Assembly (NCBI GenBank): GCA_963715225.1
Contig: CAVQRK010000004.1
Location: 136,502 to 200,501, forward strand
DNA from: an uncultured Actinomycetota bacterium
GTDB lineage: Bacteria; Actinomycetota; Acidimicrobiia; Acidimicrobiales; Microtrichaceae
Reading direction: 5' to 3'
DNA length: 64,000 bases
Positions 21,719 to 32,363 of this stretch are shown here, in pieces. Position numbers and translations under genes: made by a program. Every line of letters begins with the position of its first letter. Positions within the stretch are counted from its first letter, which is position 1. The notes beneath the pieces were generated by a model. The model was not told the DNA's origin and did no database searches. It worked only from the letters and a program-made list of their open reading frames with translations.

Positions 21719-23157
21719 GCGCGGCAACCACGGCGACAGAGATCGTCGCGGCCGTGCGTGCCGGCGAGCGTGGGGCCACCGAGGTGCTCGAGGAGCATCT
21801 GGCCCGCATCGCGGCCCGAGAAGGCGAGATCCATGCCTTCAACGTGGTCACCGAGGAGGCCGCTCGCGGGGCTGCCGAGCAAGTGGACCTGGCGGTGGCT
21901 GCCGGGCAGGACCCCGGCCCCCTGGCCGGCGTTCCGGTGGCGCTCAAGGACAACATGTGCACCCGGGGCGTGCCCACGACTTGTTCGTCGAGGATCCTCG
22001 AGGGATGGAAGCCCCCCTATGACGCCACTGTGGTCGAGCGGCTGGCCGCTGCCGGTGCGGTGGTCGTGGGCAAGACGAATCTCGATGAGTTCGCCATGGG
22101 GTCCTCCACGGAGAACTCGGCGTTCGGTCCCACCCGCAACCCGCATGACCTCTCGCGTGTGCCGGGCGGGTCCTCGGGTGGTTCGGCAGCCGCGGTGGCA
22201 GCTGGATTCGCGCCGCTTGCGCTCGGCTCCGACACCGGTGGTTCGATCCGTCAGCCAGCCGCCTTGTGCGGCGTTGTGGGGGTCAAGCCCACCTACGGCA
22301 TGGTCTCGAGGTTCGGTCTGGTCGCCTTCGGGAGTTCGCTCGACCAGATCGGGCCCTTCGCCAACACCGTCGCCGACGCCGCAATGATGCTCGAGGTGGT
22401 GGCGGGTCATGACCCGGGCGACTCGACGTCATTGCCCCGCCCGGCTCCGGCGGTGTCGGAACACCTCGGTGACGGCGTGGCCGGCAAACGCATCGGATTG
22501 ATCACAGAAATGATGGGGGAGGGCATCGCCGCAGACGTTGCTGCTCGCACCCGGGCTGCCGCCGATGCGCCTCGCCGCGGCCGGCGCGACCGTCGAGGAG
22601 GTTTCGGTGCCCGCGGTCATCTACGGCTGTCGGCCTACTACCTGGTGGCCCCTGCGGAGGCGTCATCCAACCTGGCCCGCTACGACGGCGTTCGCTACGG
22701 ACTCCGGGTCGACGGCCCGACCACCGGAGAGATGATGGAGGCCACCCGCACCGCCGGATTCGGCGACGAGGTGAAGCGGCGCATCATGCTCGGCACATAT
22801 GCCCTCTCAGCGGGATACTTCGATGCCTTCTACGGCAAGGCGCAGAAGGTACGCACCCTGATCCGCGCGGACTTCGACGCCGCCTATGGAGATTTCGATC
22901 TGCTGTTGTCGCCCACCTCGCCCACGACCGCCTTCGAGCTCGGCGACAAGACGGCGGACCCCATGGCCATGTACCTGAACGACGTCTGCACCATTCCCTC
23001 GAACCTCGCCGGCCACCCCGCCATGTCCGTGCCCTTCGGTACCGGCGAGGATGGGCTACCCGTCGGGGTGCAGGTGCTCGCCCCCGCACTCGGAGAGGTG
23101 CCCATGTTCGCGGCGGCCGCCGTGCTGGAAGCCGCTGCGGCGGGAGGTGCCTCGTGA
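21715..23157 (+). CDS. gatA: Asp/Glu-tRNA amidotransferase subunit A (ORF intact, but about 20 codons read out of frame between compensating indels at about 22570 and 22628)
   Basis: Amidase signature [41 protein letters not shown]. The scrambled stretch [24 protein letters not shown] replaces the expected [22 protein letters not shown]-(L)S, which is seen in the alternative frame (ORF 22538..). Confidence 0.9.
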   Translation: MSAATTATEIVAAVRAGERGATEVLEEHLARIAAREGEIHAFNVVTEEAARGAAEQVDLAVAAGQDPGPLAGVPVALKDNMCTRGVPTTCSSRILEGWKPPYDATVVERLAAAGAVVVGKTNLDEFAMGSSTENSAFGPTRNPHDLSRVPGGSSGGSAAAVAAGFAPLALGSDTGGSIRQPAALCGVVGVKPTYGMVSRFGLVAFGSSLDQIGPFANTVADAAMMLEVVAGHDPGDSTSLPRPAPAVSEHLGDGVAGKRIGLITEMMGEGIAADVAARTRAAADAPRRGRRDRRGGFGARGHLRLSAYYLVAPAEASSNLARYDGVRYGLRVDGPTTGEMMEATRTAGFGDEVKRRIMLGTYALSAGYFDAFYGKAQKVRTLIRADFDAAYGDFDLLLSPTSPTTAFELGDKTADPMAMYLNDVCTIPSNLAGHPAMSVPFGTGEDGLPVGVQVLAPALGEVPMFAAAAVLEAAAAGGAS

Positions 23158-24573
23158 GCATCGACCTGGAGCGCTGGGAGATCGTGGTGGGCCTCGAGGT
23201 CCACGCCGAGCTCGCCACCCAAACCAAGCTGTTCTCGTCGGCCACCAACGTCTTCGGCGGCGAGCCCAACACCAACATCGATCCGCTCACACTCGGCCTG
23301 CCGGGGTCACTCCCGGTGCTGAACGAGCAGGCCGTCGAGCTGGCCATCCGGGTCGGACTGGCCCTGGGTTCCACGGTTTCGCCGAGCACGTTCGCCCGCA
23401 AGAACTACTTCTACCCCGATCTGCCCAAGGACTACCAGATCTCCCAGTTCGACCGTCCGATCGATGTCGGCGGTTCGCTGGAGCTGCCCTCGGGAAAGGT
23501 GATCCGCATCGAGCGCGCTCGATCTCGAGGAGGACACCGGGAAGTCGACCCATGTCGGTGGCGGCGGGCGGATCCACGACGCCGGACACTCGACCATCGA
23601 CTACAACCGCGCCGGTGTGCCCCTGCTGGAGATCGTGGGGATGCCGGACATCCGCAACGCTGCGGAGGCCAAGGCCTATGTGACCGAGTTGCGTTCGATC
23701 CTCGTTGCCGTCGGTGCATCCGACGGCAAGATGGAGGAGGGCTCGATGCGCGTCGACTGCAACGTCTCGGTCCGGCGGCGCGGCGACGAGACCCTGGGGA
23801 CGCGCTGTGAGATCAAGAACGTGAACTCGCTACGGAGCCTCGGACGGGCTATCGAGTACGAGGCCGCCCGCCAGGTCGACCTGATCGAGGCCGGTGACCG
23901 GGTACAGCAACAGACCCGGCACTGGAACGAGGACGACGGCCGTACCCACAAGCTGCGCTCCAAGGAAGAGGCGGACGACTACCGCTACTTCACCGAGCCC
24001 GACCTGGTGGAGCTCGATCCGAGCCAGGAATGGATCGACCGTGTTCGCGAGGCCCTGCCGATGCTTCCCGCCGAGCGCCGCCACCGGCTCGCCGAGGCCG
24101 CAGGTGCCGATCTGGCTCAGACCGCCCTGGTGGTCGAACGCGGTCTGGACGAGTTGTGTCTGGCCGCCATCGACGCCGGCGCCGACCCGGCACGCACCCT
24201 GACCCACGCCGAGCACAACCTGTCGGATGATCGCTCGGCGTCGCTCGCTCCGGCTGCGCTCGCAAAGCTCGTCGGTATGGAGATGGACGGTGCACTCACC
24301 GCCACCCAGGCCAAGACGGTGCTGGCCGAGATGGTCGCCGGCGGGGATGACCCCGAGGCCATCGCTGCAAAGCACGGCTTCGAGGCCATGGATGATTCCG
24401 AGCTCGCCGGCATGGTGGACGGACTCATTGCCGAGCACCCTGACGAGTGGCAGCGTTTCTGTGAGGGTGATGCCAAGATCACGGGCTTCTTCGTGGGCAA
24501 GGTGATGAAGGCCACCAAGGGTCAGGCAGACGGCAAGGTCGTGACAGGGTTGTTGCAGGCTCGCAAGGGCTGA
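23154..24573 (+). pseudogene. gatB: Asp/Glu-tRNA amidotransferase subunit B, +1 frameshift near 23521
   Basis: Frame 3 reads [20 protein letters not shown]...[19 protein letters not shown]...IRIERA, then nonsense. The conserved continuation (H)[38 protein letters not shown]...SMRVDCNVS...IKNVNS is in frame 1 (ORF 23617..24573). The context gagcgcgctcGatctcgag suggests CAT became CGAT. Confidence 0.9.
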
Positions 24574-24575
24574 GT

Positions 24576-25313
24576 TTGGATCCCTCCGCGGGTGCGCTCG
24601 TAGTAGTGGCGCTGGCGGTGTTCGCCGGCGCTGCGCTGAACGCCCTGTCGGGGTTCGGTTTCGCCCTGGTGACGGTCCCGATCATGGCCCTGGTGGTGGG
24701 ACCCAAGGAGGCAGTGGTGCTCTCGGCGATCGTGGGTCTGCTGTCCAACAGCGGCGTTGCCATTCGTCAACGTCGCGATGCCGACATCCCCATCACCAAG
24801 CGGCTCCTCGTCGGATCTCTCCTCGGGATGCCGCTCGGACTCCTGGTTCTGGACAACGTCTCCGATGATCCGCTGAGGGTGGCCATCGCTGTCGTGGTCC
24901 TCCTCACGGCAGCTGCCATGGCCTCGGGATGGACCCCGCCGAGTCCCACTCCGCCCGCCGATGTCGCCGCCGGGTTCGTGAGTGGGGTGTTCAACACCTC
25001 GATCGGTATCAGCGGGCCGCCCGTGGTGATGCTGTTGCACGCACGTCGGCTTCCCAAAGGCCCCTTCCGTGCGACCACTGTTGCTCTTTTCGCAGTGTCG
25101 GGCGCGGTGGCTCTGGTCCTGTTCGGCATCGGGGGCCAGTACAACCGGACCGTCCTCGTGGCCGCGGCCGTCGCACTGCCCGCATGGCCGCTGGGGTGGT
25201 TCGTGGGCGACCGGGTCCATCGTCGGGTGCCGGAGGACCGTTTCAGGCGGCTCGTGCTGGCGCTGCTGGTGGTCACCGCCTCGGTGACGCTGTTGGGTGT
25301 GATGAATGGGTGA
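24576..25313 (+). CDS. TauE/SafE (DUF81) family anion-exporter membrane protein
   Basis: GAALNALSGFGFALVTVPIMAL and a second half-repeat AAGFVSGVFNTSIGISGPPVVMLL. TTG start. Confidence 0.7.
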   Translation: MDPSAGALVVVALAVFAGAALNALSGFGFALVTVPIMALVVGPKEAVVLSAIVGLLSNSGVAIRQRRDADIPITKRLLVGSLLGMPLGLLVLDNVSDDPLRVAIAVVVLLTAAAMASGWTPPSPTPPADVAAGFVSGVFNTSIGISGPPVVMLLHARRLPKGPFRATTVALFAVSGAVALVLFGIGGQYNRTVLVAAAVALPAWPLGWFVGDRVHRRVPEDRFRRLVLALLVVTASVTLLGVMNG

Positions 25314-25432
25314 TTGTCCCAGAGTGCCCGTGGCGACTCGTGGGATGATGTCGAGCGGCCCTACGATGGTCGGGTTGGGGCGGGGCCGCTCGTCGGCCGC
25401 AGGCGACGTGCATATGTCCCCGAGGTGACCAC

Positions 25433-25999
25433 ATGAGGGCGAAGCAGAACGGGTTCAGAGCTGCGGCGACCGTCGTATTCGTCGGCATGCTGATTTCGGC
25501 GTGCGGTGGGGGCGGCACGCAGGAACTGGCCACCGACGGCGGGGACGGACTGGACGGGCCCCTTCCCACCGCCCCGACCGGGAATTCGCTCGGGGGCTCC
25601 ACTGATCCGTTCTCGGGCGAAGTGGACTTCAACGACCTGATTCGTCGTATCGAGGCGCTCAACGGGGAGAACGACCTCTGCGTGCTGCTCACGGGTGAGG
25701 CCATGGCCGATGTGACCTCGGCCGACATCAACTTGGCCAGCCTGGCCGCCAACCCGGCTGCTTTCAGTCAGCTCTTCGCCTCGTTGGACAAGCTGTTCGG
25801 ACACATGGTTGCGATCGGACCGGCGGAGCTCAATGCACCGCTCTCGACACTCCAAGGTGTGTGGGGTGGTCTGTCCGCGGTCGATATCCGTGGTGCCGAC
25901 GCGGAGGCACAGGCATCGGCCCTGATCGCCAGTGACACCACCCAGGCGGCGAACGATGCGCTCGGGGCCTGGGTCGCCACCAACTGTCCGGGTTTCTGA
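25433..25999 (+). CDS. hypothetical lipoprotein
   Basis: Signal peptide with lipobox VGMLISAC followed by a Gly-rich linker. No family recognised. Confidence 0.55.
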   Translation: MRAKQNGFRAAATVVFVGMLISACGGGGTQELATDGGDGLDGPLPTAPTGNSLGGSTDPFSGEVDFNDLIRRIEALNGENDLCVLLTGEAMADVTSADINLASLAANPAAFSQLFASLDKLFGHMVAIGPAELNAPLSTLQGVWGGLSAVDIRGADAEAQASALIASDTTQAANDALGAWVATNCPGF

Positions 26000-26050
26000 C
26001 CCGGGCCGAATCGACACGACGGGAATCATGCCGCGTCCTACGCTGGGGCC

Positions 26051-27289
26051 GTGGCAGTGGAAGTCCGCGAGGTATCAGGTGACGATGACCTGAGGACCGC
26101 TCGCGCCATCGATCTCAGTTCGTTCGGGTACCCGCCCGAGACGTCGCCCGAGGCGGGGCTGGAACCGTGGCACCGGGCCACGACCAACTATCTGGCGAAC
26201 GACGACGGCGAGCCTGCCGGAACCTGCCGGGTCCACGACCTCGAGCTGACGGTGCCCGGCGGGAACTCGGTCGGCGTGTCCGGCATCGGTGACGTCGGGG
26301 TGCCTGCGGGGCACACACGACGCGGAGTGCTGCGATCGATGGTGACGACGGTGCTGGAGGACGGCGCCCGGCGCGGTCACGCCGCCGCGGCCCTGTACGC
26401 GTCCGAGGCGACCATCTACGGAAGGTTCGGATTTGGTCCGGCCACCCGTTCCAAGAAGGTGCGAATCGAGACCGCCCGTGCCGCCCTGCGCCCTGAGGTG
26501 GTGTCGTCCCCCGGGTTGGTCAGGGTGGTGGCGCCCGAGCACCGGGCCGCGTACCTGAAGCCTGTGTACGAGCGGGCCAGGATCCGTCGAGCGGGGGAGG
26601 TCGCCCGAAGCGACCTGTTGTGGGATCGGGAACTGCAGCCTCGACCATTGGAGTCGACCGAGAATCGCATGTGTCTGTCCCACGTCGATGACGGGGGCGC
26701 TTGCGATGCCTACGCCCTGTACACGATCACGCCGGAGTGGGGACCACAGGGCCCGATGCACTCGCTCGAGGTCCAGGAGTTGGTTGCAGCCACGGATGCA
26801 GCCGAGTTGTCGATGTGGGATGCCTTGTTCTCCCTCGATCTCATACGCACCGTGAATGCCTGGGTCCCCGCCGACAGCCTGTTGTTCGACGCGCTGGTAG
26901 ATCGCTGGGCGCCGGCGACCGTGGGTGAACACGACACGCTGTGGGTCCGGGTGCTCGATGTGCGTGCGGCCCTGGCCGCGCGTCGCTACCGCGTTCCCGG
27001 CCGCCTCGTCATCGGGGTGATTGCGGTAGTGCCTGGATCTCCTGCAGACACCGTTGACACATTCGAGCTCTCCAGCGCGGCGGATGGTTCAGTCCGGGTG
27101 CTCGAGAGCGACGCGGAACCCGACATCGCTCTGGGAATCGCGGAACTCGGATCGGTCTGGTTGGGTAGCGGGTCGCTGGCGGCGCTGGGAGCAGTCGGCC
27201 GGGTGGAGGAGTTCAACGCCGGCAGTCTGGGTCTGGCTGACGCCATGTTCGGGTGGTCTCCGTCGCCGTGGATCACCCAGCAGTTCTGA
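26051..27289 (+). CDS. Eis-like GNAT acetyltransferase (GNAT + central GNAT-like + SCP2-like C-terminal domains)
   Basis: About 410 aa. GIGDVGVPAGHTRRGVLRSMV...ALYASEATIYGRFGFGPA. C-terminus ends ...WITQQF, as in Eis/UPF0256 proteins. Confidence 0.7.
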   Translation: MAVEVREVSGDDDLRTARAIDLSSFGYPPETSPEAGLEPWHRATTNYLANDDGEPAGTCRVHDLELTVPGGNSVGVSGIGDVGVPAGHTRRGVLRSMVTTVLEDGARRGHAAAALYASEATIYGRFGFGPATRSKKVRIETARAALRPEVVSSPGLVRVVAPEHRAAYLKPVYERARIRRAGEVARSDLLWDRELQPRPLESTENRMCLSHVDDGGACDAYALYTITPEWGPQGPMHSLEVQELVAATDAAELSMWDALFSLDLIRTVNAWVPADSLLFDALVDRWAPATVGEHDTLWVRVLDVRAALAARRYRVPGRLVIGVIAVVPGSPADTVDTFELSSAADGSVRVLESDAEPDIALGIAELGSVWLGSGSLAALGAVGRVEEFNAGSLGLADAMFGWSPSPWITQQF

Positions 27290-28622
27290 GACCCGACCCC
27301 ATGTGCAGCCATCGGTCGGTGCGGTAGCGCACGCCCAGCACGGCCACCCGCGACGCCATGAAGGCCGCCAGTAGGACCCAGAGGCCCCATAGGCCGACCG
27401 ACGGTTGTCCCACCACTGCGGCGCCGACGGCCACCACGACGAGCGACGCCAGCATGGCGACCGCCAGATATCGCTGGTCCCCTGCACCCACGAGGATTCC
27501 GTCGAGAGCGAAGGCCACTCCGTTGAGTGGTTGCGTGAGGCCCACCCACCACAGACTCGCCACCAGGAGCTCGGTCACGGCCGGATCATCGGTGAACCAG
27601 TCCGCGATCGGCCGAGCGAACAGGACCGTCATCGCGCCGAGCACCATCCCGGTGGCCACGGCCCAGGCGATGATGCGCCGGGCGGTCACCCGTGCCAGGA
27701 CGCTGTCGCGGGCTCCCAGCGCCTTGGCCACCAGCGACTGTGCTGCGGCCTCCAACGCATCGAGCACATATGCCAGAGCAGCCCAGATCTGAAAGCCGAC
27801 CTGGAAGGCTGCGAGTGCGACCGTCCCCTTGCGGGCGGCGAGGGCGACCGTGATCGTGAGAGATGCCCGCAGCGCCACCGTACGAACGAACAGATCGCGC
27901 CCCACGACCGCCAGCGAGGTGATGCGGCTCCGGTCCGGTCTCAGGGACACCGATCGCCGCACCGCCATGCGCAGCACGATCGCGGCGTAGGCGACCGCTG
28001 CCACCACCTTTGCGACCACCGTCCCCCACGCCGCACCTGCGATCCCGGCGTCCAGACCCACGACCAAGGTCACCGTCAAGATGACGTTGAGGGTATTGCT
28101 GGCCACTGCCACCACCAACGGGGTGCGGGTGTCCAGGTGCCCGCGCAGTGCACCGGTTCCTGCCATGGCAACGGTCACGGCCGGCATTCCCCACAGGCTC
28201 ACGGTCAGGTAAGCGCTCGCCTCGTCGATGACCGCCTGTTCGGCTCCGAAGAGCCCCAGCAGCCAGTCCCCGGCCAGGGCGAGCGCCACCGCTACGACCA
28301 CTCCCAACCCCAGGCCCAACCACAGTCCCTGTACCGACTGCTCCGCCGCCTCACCGGGTTCGCCGGCCCCCACCAGGCGCGCCACGGTGGCCGCGGTCCC
28401 GAACGTCAGGAAGATAAGCATCCCGGTGGCGAACAGGAGCACAGCCGTGGCGACGGCCAGCCCGCCGAGGGCCTCGGTGCCGATCCGCCCCACGATCGCC
28501 GTGTCGGCGAGGAGGTAGAGCGGTTCGGATGCCAGGGTGAGAACGGCCGGCCCTGCCAGCGCCCATATCTGGCGATCGAGGGAGCGCTGGCGGACTTCGA
28601 CCACGCCCAACTCTGCCACCAC
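27273..28622 (-). CDS. MATE family efflux transporter (DinF-like)
   Basis: IWALAGPAVLTLASEPLYLLADTAIVGRIG, 12 predicted TM segments, two-fold internal repeat. Confidence 0.8.
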   Translation of the reverse strand: MVAELGVVEVRQRSLDRQIWALAGPAVLTLASEPLYLLADTAIVGRIGTEALGGLAVATAVLLFATGMLIFLTFGTAATVARLVGAGEPGEAAEQSVQGLWLGLGLGVVVAVALALAGDWLLGLFGAEQAVIDEASAYLTVSLWGMPAVTVAMAGTGALRGHLDTRTPLVVAVASNTLNVILTVTLVVGLDAGIAGAAWGTVVAKVVAAVAYAAIVLRMAVRRSVSLRPDRSRITSLAVVGRDLFVRTVALRASLTITVALAARKGTVALAAFQVGFQIWAALAYVLDALEAAAQSLVAKALGARDSVLARVTARRIIAWAVATGMVLGAMTVLFARPIADWFTDDPAVTELLVASLWWVGLTQPLNGVAFALDGILVGAGDQRYLAVAMLASLVVVAVGAAVVGQPSVGLWGLWVLLAAFMASRVAVLGVRYRTDRWLHMGSGLRTAG

Positions 28623-28681
28623 CCGTGCCCTGTCGGGATTGGGTGACGTGAATCGCCGGCCCGGTGTGCTGGAGTGGGGGC

Positions 28682-29110
28682 ATGGGTCGACGGGGCAAGA
28701 AGCGCGGCAATCGGCGGGTGTCGACCGCTCTGGTCGTGTCGGTCGTCGCCGTCCTACTGCTGGTGGGTGCAGCGGTGGGTGCCAAGTTGTACGCCGACAG
28801 CTCCGCGGAGTCGCAGGTCGACAGTCGCGCCGACGAGATTGGCGACGTTCTGGACGGTGCCACGCCGAGGGACTTTCTGGCGTTCAACTCCGGGCGCTCG
28901 GTCCCCGGCAGCGTGGCCAAGGAGGTCGCCGACGCCGAGGATTTCGTGAGCGTCGACGCACGGGCGGACCGGGCCATGATCCGCTTCCAGCCCAAGGGCT
29001 GGTGGGCAGGCTTCACCGAACGGTGCATCGTGGCCGTCGTCGACGGTCAGGGGGTCGAGGTACTCACTCCCAAGACGGCCTGCGTGCGCGTGGAGCCGGG
29101 CGACTTCTGA
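28682..29110 (+). CDS. hypothetical membrane-anchored protein
   Basis: Basic N-terminus MGRRGKKRGNRR, then TM STALVVSVVAVLLLVGAAVGA, then a soluble domain. Confidence 0.45.
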   Translation: MGRRGKKRGNRRVSTALVVSVVAVLLLVGAAVGAKLYADSSAESQVDSRADEIGDVLDGATPRDFLAFNSGRSVPGSVAKEVADAEDFVSVDARADRAMIRFQPKGWWAGFTERCIVAVVDGQGVEVLTPKTACVRVEPGDF

Positions 29111-29182
29111 GTTCGGCCGTCGACGACCCGTCCGTCCGGTATCAGGATCGACCCGAACGCGTGGCGACCGTACGCTGTGACC

Positions 29183-30868
29183 ATGACCGACTCTCCCGAC
29201 ATGAAACCGCGTTCCCGGGACGTAACCGACGGACCCTCCAGAGCACCGGCCCGGGCCATGTTGCGGGCCATCGGGATGACTGACGACGACTGGGACAAGC
29301 CCCAGGTGGGAGTGGCTTCCAGCTGGAACGAGGTCACACCGTGCAACATGCCGCTCTCGCGTCTGGCAGGTAAGGCCAAGGAGGGAGTGTTCGCCGCCGG
29401 TGGGTACCCCATCGAGTTCAACACCATCGCCGTCAGCGACGGCATCTCCATGGGCCACGAGGGAATGCGGGCCAGTCTCGTGAGTCGCGAGGTGATTGTG
29501 GACTCCGTGGAAACGGTGATGCACGCCGAGCGTTTCGACGCGATGGTCACCTTCGCCGGCTGCGACAAGTCCCTGCCGGGGATGATGATGGCCGCGGCCC
29601 GCCTGAATCTGCCCTCGGTGTTCCTGTACGGCGGGTCGAAACTGCCGGGCAACCTCAACGGTGAGGTACTCGACATCGTCTCGGTGTTCGAGGCGGTAGG
29701 GGCCCACGCTCTGGGCACAATCGACGACGATGAACTCCACGCAATCGAGACCTCGGCCTGTCCCACCATCGGCGCGTGCGCGGGCATGTTCACAGCGAAC
29801 ACCATGGCGTCGGTGGGTGAGGCTCTCGGACTCTCGCTCCCCGGATCGGCCTCGGCGCCCGCGGTGGACCGTCGTCGCGACGACTACGCCTACGCCTCGG
29901 GCGTGGCGGTCATCAACCTGCTGCACCTGGGGATCCGACCGCGCGACATCATCACCAAGGGCTCGCTCGAGAACGCCATCGCCGTGGTGATGGCACTCGG
30001 CGGTAGCACCAACGCGGTGTTGCACCTGTTGGCCATCGCGGCCGAGGCGGAGGTGGAGCTGTACCTCGAGGACTTCAACAAGGTCGCGGCCCGGGTCCCT
30101 CACCTGGCCGACACCAAACCCCACGGGCAGTACCACATGCTCGACGTGGACCGCATAGGCGGCGTGCCCGTGGTTATGCAGATGCTGATGGAGGAGGGTC
30201 TGATTCACGGCGACGAGGTCACTGTCACCGGTCGTACCGTGGCGGAGAACCTGGCGCTGGTCAGCCCTCCCGCTCCGGACGGTGAAGTGGTCCACACCTT
30301 CGACAACCCCATCAACGCGGTCGGCGGTCTGGCCATCCTGTCCGGCTCGTTGGCGCCCAGAGGGTCGGTGGTGAAGGTCGCCGGAATCGACTTCGACCAC
30401 TTCGAGGGCCCCGCACGGGTGTTCGACGGTGAGGACTTGGCCATGGAGGCCGTTCTGGGCGGCCGGATCAACTCCGGTGACGTTGTGGTCATCCGCTACG
30501 AGGGCCCCAAGGGCGGTCCTGGGATGCGCGAGATGCTGGCCATCACCGGTGCCATGAAGGGCGCCGGGCGCGGTGGCGACACGGCGCTCATCACCGACGG
30601 TCGATTCTCCGGGGGCACACACGGCTTCTGCATCGGGCACGTTGCTCCGGAGGCCGTCGACGGCGGCCCCATCGCCCTGGTGGCGGAGGGCGACCGGATC
30701 CGCATTGACGTCCGGAACCACACCATCGACCTCCTGGTGGACGACGCCACCCTGGACGAACGTCGGGCCGACCTGAAGATGCCCGAGCCCCGGTACACCA
30801 AGGGCGTCCTCGCCAAGTACGCCGCCCTGGCCCAGGGGGCGGAACTCGGAGCGATCACGCGGGCCTGA
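29183..30868 (+). CDS. ilvD: dihydroxy-acid dehydratase
   Basis: [71 protein letters not shown]. Start is ambiguous (GTG 29177, ATG 29183 or ATG 29201). Confidence 0.95.
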   Translation: MTDSPDMKPRSRDVTDGPSRAPARAMLRAIGMTDDDWDKPQVGVASSWNEVTPCNMPLSRLAGKAKEGVFAAGGYPIEFNTIAVSDGISMGHEGMRASLVSREVIVDSVETVMHAERFDAMVTFAGCDKSLPGMMMAAARLNLPSVFLYGGSKLPGNLNGEVLDIVSVFEAVGAHALGTIDDDELHAIETSACPTIGACAGMFTANTMASVGEALGLSLPGSASAPAVDRRRDDYAYASGVAVINLLHLGIRPRDIITKGSLENAIAVVMALGGSTNAVLHLLAIAAEAEVELYLEDFNKVAARVPHLADTKPHGQYHMLDVDRIGGVPVVMQMLMEEGLIHGDEVTVTGRTVAENLALVSPPAPDGEVVHTFDNPINAVGGLAILSGSLAPRGSVVKVAGIDFDHFEGPARVFDGEDLAMEAVLGGRINSGDVVVIRYEGPKGGPGMREMLAITGAMKGAGRGGDTALITDGRFSGGTHGFCIGHVAPEAVDGGPIALVAEGDRIRIDVRNHTIDLLVDDATLDERRADLKMPEPRYTKGVLAKYAALAQGAELGAITRA

Positions 30869-31102
30869 GCCGGCTCCTCGGCAACTGCGGTACGCCAAGC
30901 AATTGGCGGGACTCAGGAAGGGTCGTCGCTTTCCGGGCCTGAGCCGCGCCAGCGGCTGCTCCGCCAGCGCGCCAACTCGCGCAATGCGACAACCGCAAGT
31001 ACGGTCCCGCCGGCGATCCATCCCCATGACACCAACCCATCTTTACCGAATCTTGGTGTGGGTATGGCCGTTGGATTGTCGGCACGGCGCAAGACTCCCG
31101 GG

Positions 31103-31795
31103 ATGGAAATCAACGACATCTTCGGGATCCCCGCCCATCCGCTGATCGTGCACGTACCGGTGGTGCTCATCCCACTGGCATTCATCGGTTCCCTGCTGCT
31201 GTTTAGAACGTCGTGGCGTCGTTCGTTCGCGATTCCTGTGGCCGTGCTGGCACTTGTCGGTGCCGGTGGGGTCTTCCTGGCCGCGCAGTCCGGCGAGTCG
31301 TTGGAGGAACGCGTCAAGGAGACGGATCTCGTTGAGGACCACGCGTCGGCCGGGGAGGCAGCCGAGCCATACGTCGTCGTCTTCGCACTGTTGGCCGTTG
31401 GTGTGGCCGTCGTCGACCAACTCCAGCGTCGTCGGGGAGATTCCTTGGAGTCAGAAGGAGTTGGCGATGACCGGGATGCTCACACCGGTGACGGCGCGAC
31501 CGGCACGCGGACGCCGACGCGTTCGGAGTCTGCACTGTCGAAGGCCTTTCCGGCGCTCGTCGTGGTTTGTGTCCTTTCAGGAGCGGCCGCGAGCTACTCC
31601 GTCTATGAGGCCGGGCATTCTGGTGCCAAGGCCACGTGGGACAACACTCCTGCGGCTCACGAGGGTGATGAGGGCAACGAGGGCGATGAGGGCGACGAGG
31701 GCGACGAGGGCGACGAGGGCAACGAGGGTGATGAGGGTGGCCTCGGCCTGGTAACGCCGGACAGACCGGTGCTCCCCGGCCCAACGGGAGCCTGA
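31103..31795 (+). CDS. DUF2231-like membrane protein with acidic (EGD/EGN)n C-terminal tail
   Basis: IFGIPAHPLIVHVPVVLIPLAFIGSLLLF plus further TM segments. C-terminus is HEGDEGNEGDEGDEGDEGDEGNEGDEGG. Confidence 0.6.
   Translation: MEINDIFGIPAHPLIVHVPVVLIPLAFIGSLLLFRTSWRRSFAIPVAVLALVGAGGVFLAAQSGESLEERVKETDLVEDHASAGEAAEPYVVVFALLAVGVAVVDQLQRRRGDSLESEGVGDDRDAHTGDGATGTRTPTRSESALSKAFPALVVVCVLSGAAASYSVYEAGHSGAKATWDNTPAAHEGDEGNEGDEGDEGDEGDEGNEGDEGGLGLVTPDRPVLPGPTGA
31661..31741 (+). repeat. nine tandem 9-bp units GAGGGYRRY (in-frame, encodes EGD/EGN repeats)
   Basis: gagggtgat gagggcaac gagggcgat gagggcgac x3 gagggcaac gagggtgat gagggtggc. The variant order is mirror-symmetric. Confidence 0.9.
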
Positions 31796-31831
31796 GTCGA
31801 TTCCCCCGCCGACCGGAGGTCGATTGCAGTC

Positions 31832-32359
31832 ATGGCTTCCGACGAGCTTGTCGAGGTGATCGCGGAGGACGCCAGCGTCCTTCGCGTGGTCACACGCGCA
31901 CAGGTCAGAGCCGGCCGATTGCGGCACCGCTGCACGTTCGTGGTGATCCGCTCCACAACGGGTGATGTGCTGGTGCACCTTCGCAGCGACGACAAGGACC
32001 TGTGGCCGGGGCGCTGGGACCTGTGCGCCGGGGGCGTGGTCACCGCGGGGGAGTCGTGGGAGAACGCTGCTCGCCGCGAGGTGTGCGAGGAGCTCGGGGT
32101 GCAGCTGGGCGCCGGTGCCGACCTCGAACCGTTGGGGGAATTCTCCTATGACGACGCCGAGGTGTCCGAGCTGTGCCGCGTGTGGACCACGGTGCACGAC
32201 GGTCCCTTCACGTTCGCCGACGGCGAGGTCAGTGAGGCCCGCTTCGTGAGCGTCGATGATCTGGTCGCCATGCTGGACGAAGTCCCGTTCACCCCTGACT
32301 CCGCCACGGTGGTCGCTCCATTGGTGGTTGGCAACCGCCGTCCGGGTGGGGCAGACTGA
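31832..32359 (+). CDS. NUDIX hydrolase
   Basis: Nudix box GGVVTAGESWENAARREVCEELGV (Gx5Ex7REUxEExGU). Confidence 0.85.
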   Translation: MASDELVEVIAEDASVLRVVTRAQVRAGRLRHRCTFVVIRSTTGDVLVHLRSDDKDLWPGRWDLCAGGVVTAGESWENAARREVCEELGVQLGAGADLEPLGEFSYDDAEVSELCRVWTTVHDGPFTFADGEVSEARFVSVDDLVAMLDEVPFTPDSATVVAPLVVGNRRPGGAD

Positions 32360-32363
32360 ACGG

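Noticed and set aside
28754-31027. 757-aa ORF on the minus strand opposite ilvD. Similar long antisense ORFs occur at 2735..3973, 32146..33801, 36669..37847, 52588..54162 and 18780..19436.
   Set aside because: They lie antisense to genes with unmistakable conserved motifs. They are Arg/Gly/Pro/His-rich with no recognisable domains. Stop codons are rare in every frame of such GC-rich DNA, so these are typical shadow ORFs.
30913-31038. A small minus-strand ORF (about 40 aa: (L/V)SWGWIAGGTVLAVVALRELARWRSSRWRGSGPESDDPS) in the ilvD/DUF2231 gap.
   Set aside because: It is plausibly a single-TM micro-protein, but only TTG/GTG starts are available, there is no convincing Shine-Dalgarno sequence, and no family is recognised. 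This is too weak to call.
31661-31741. A CRISPR-like or minisatellite array.
   Set aside because: The units are 9 bp, contiguous with no spacers, and in frame inside a CDS. This is a coding tandem repeat, not a CRISPR array.
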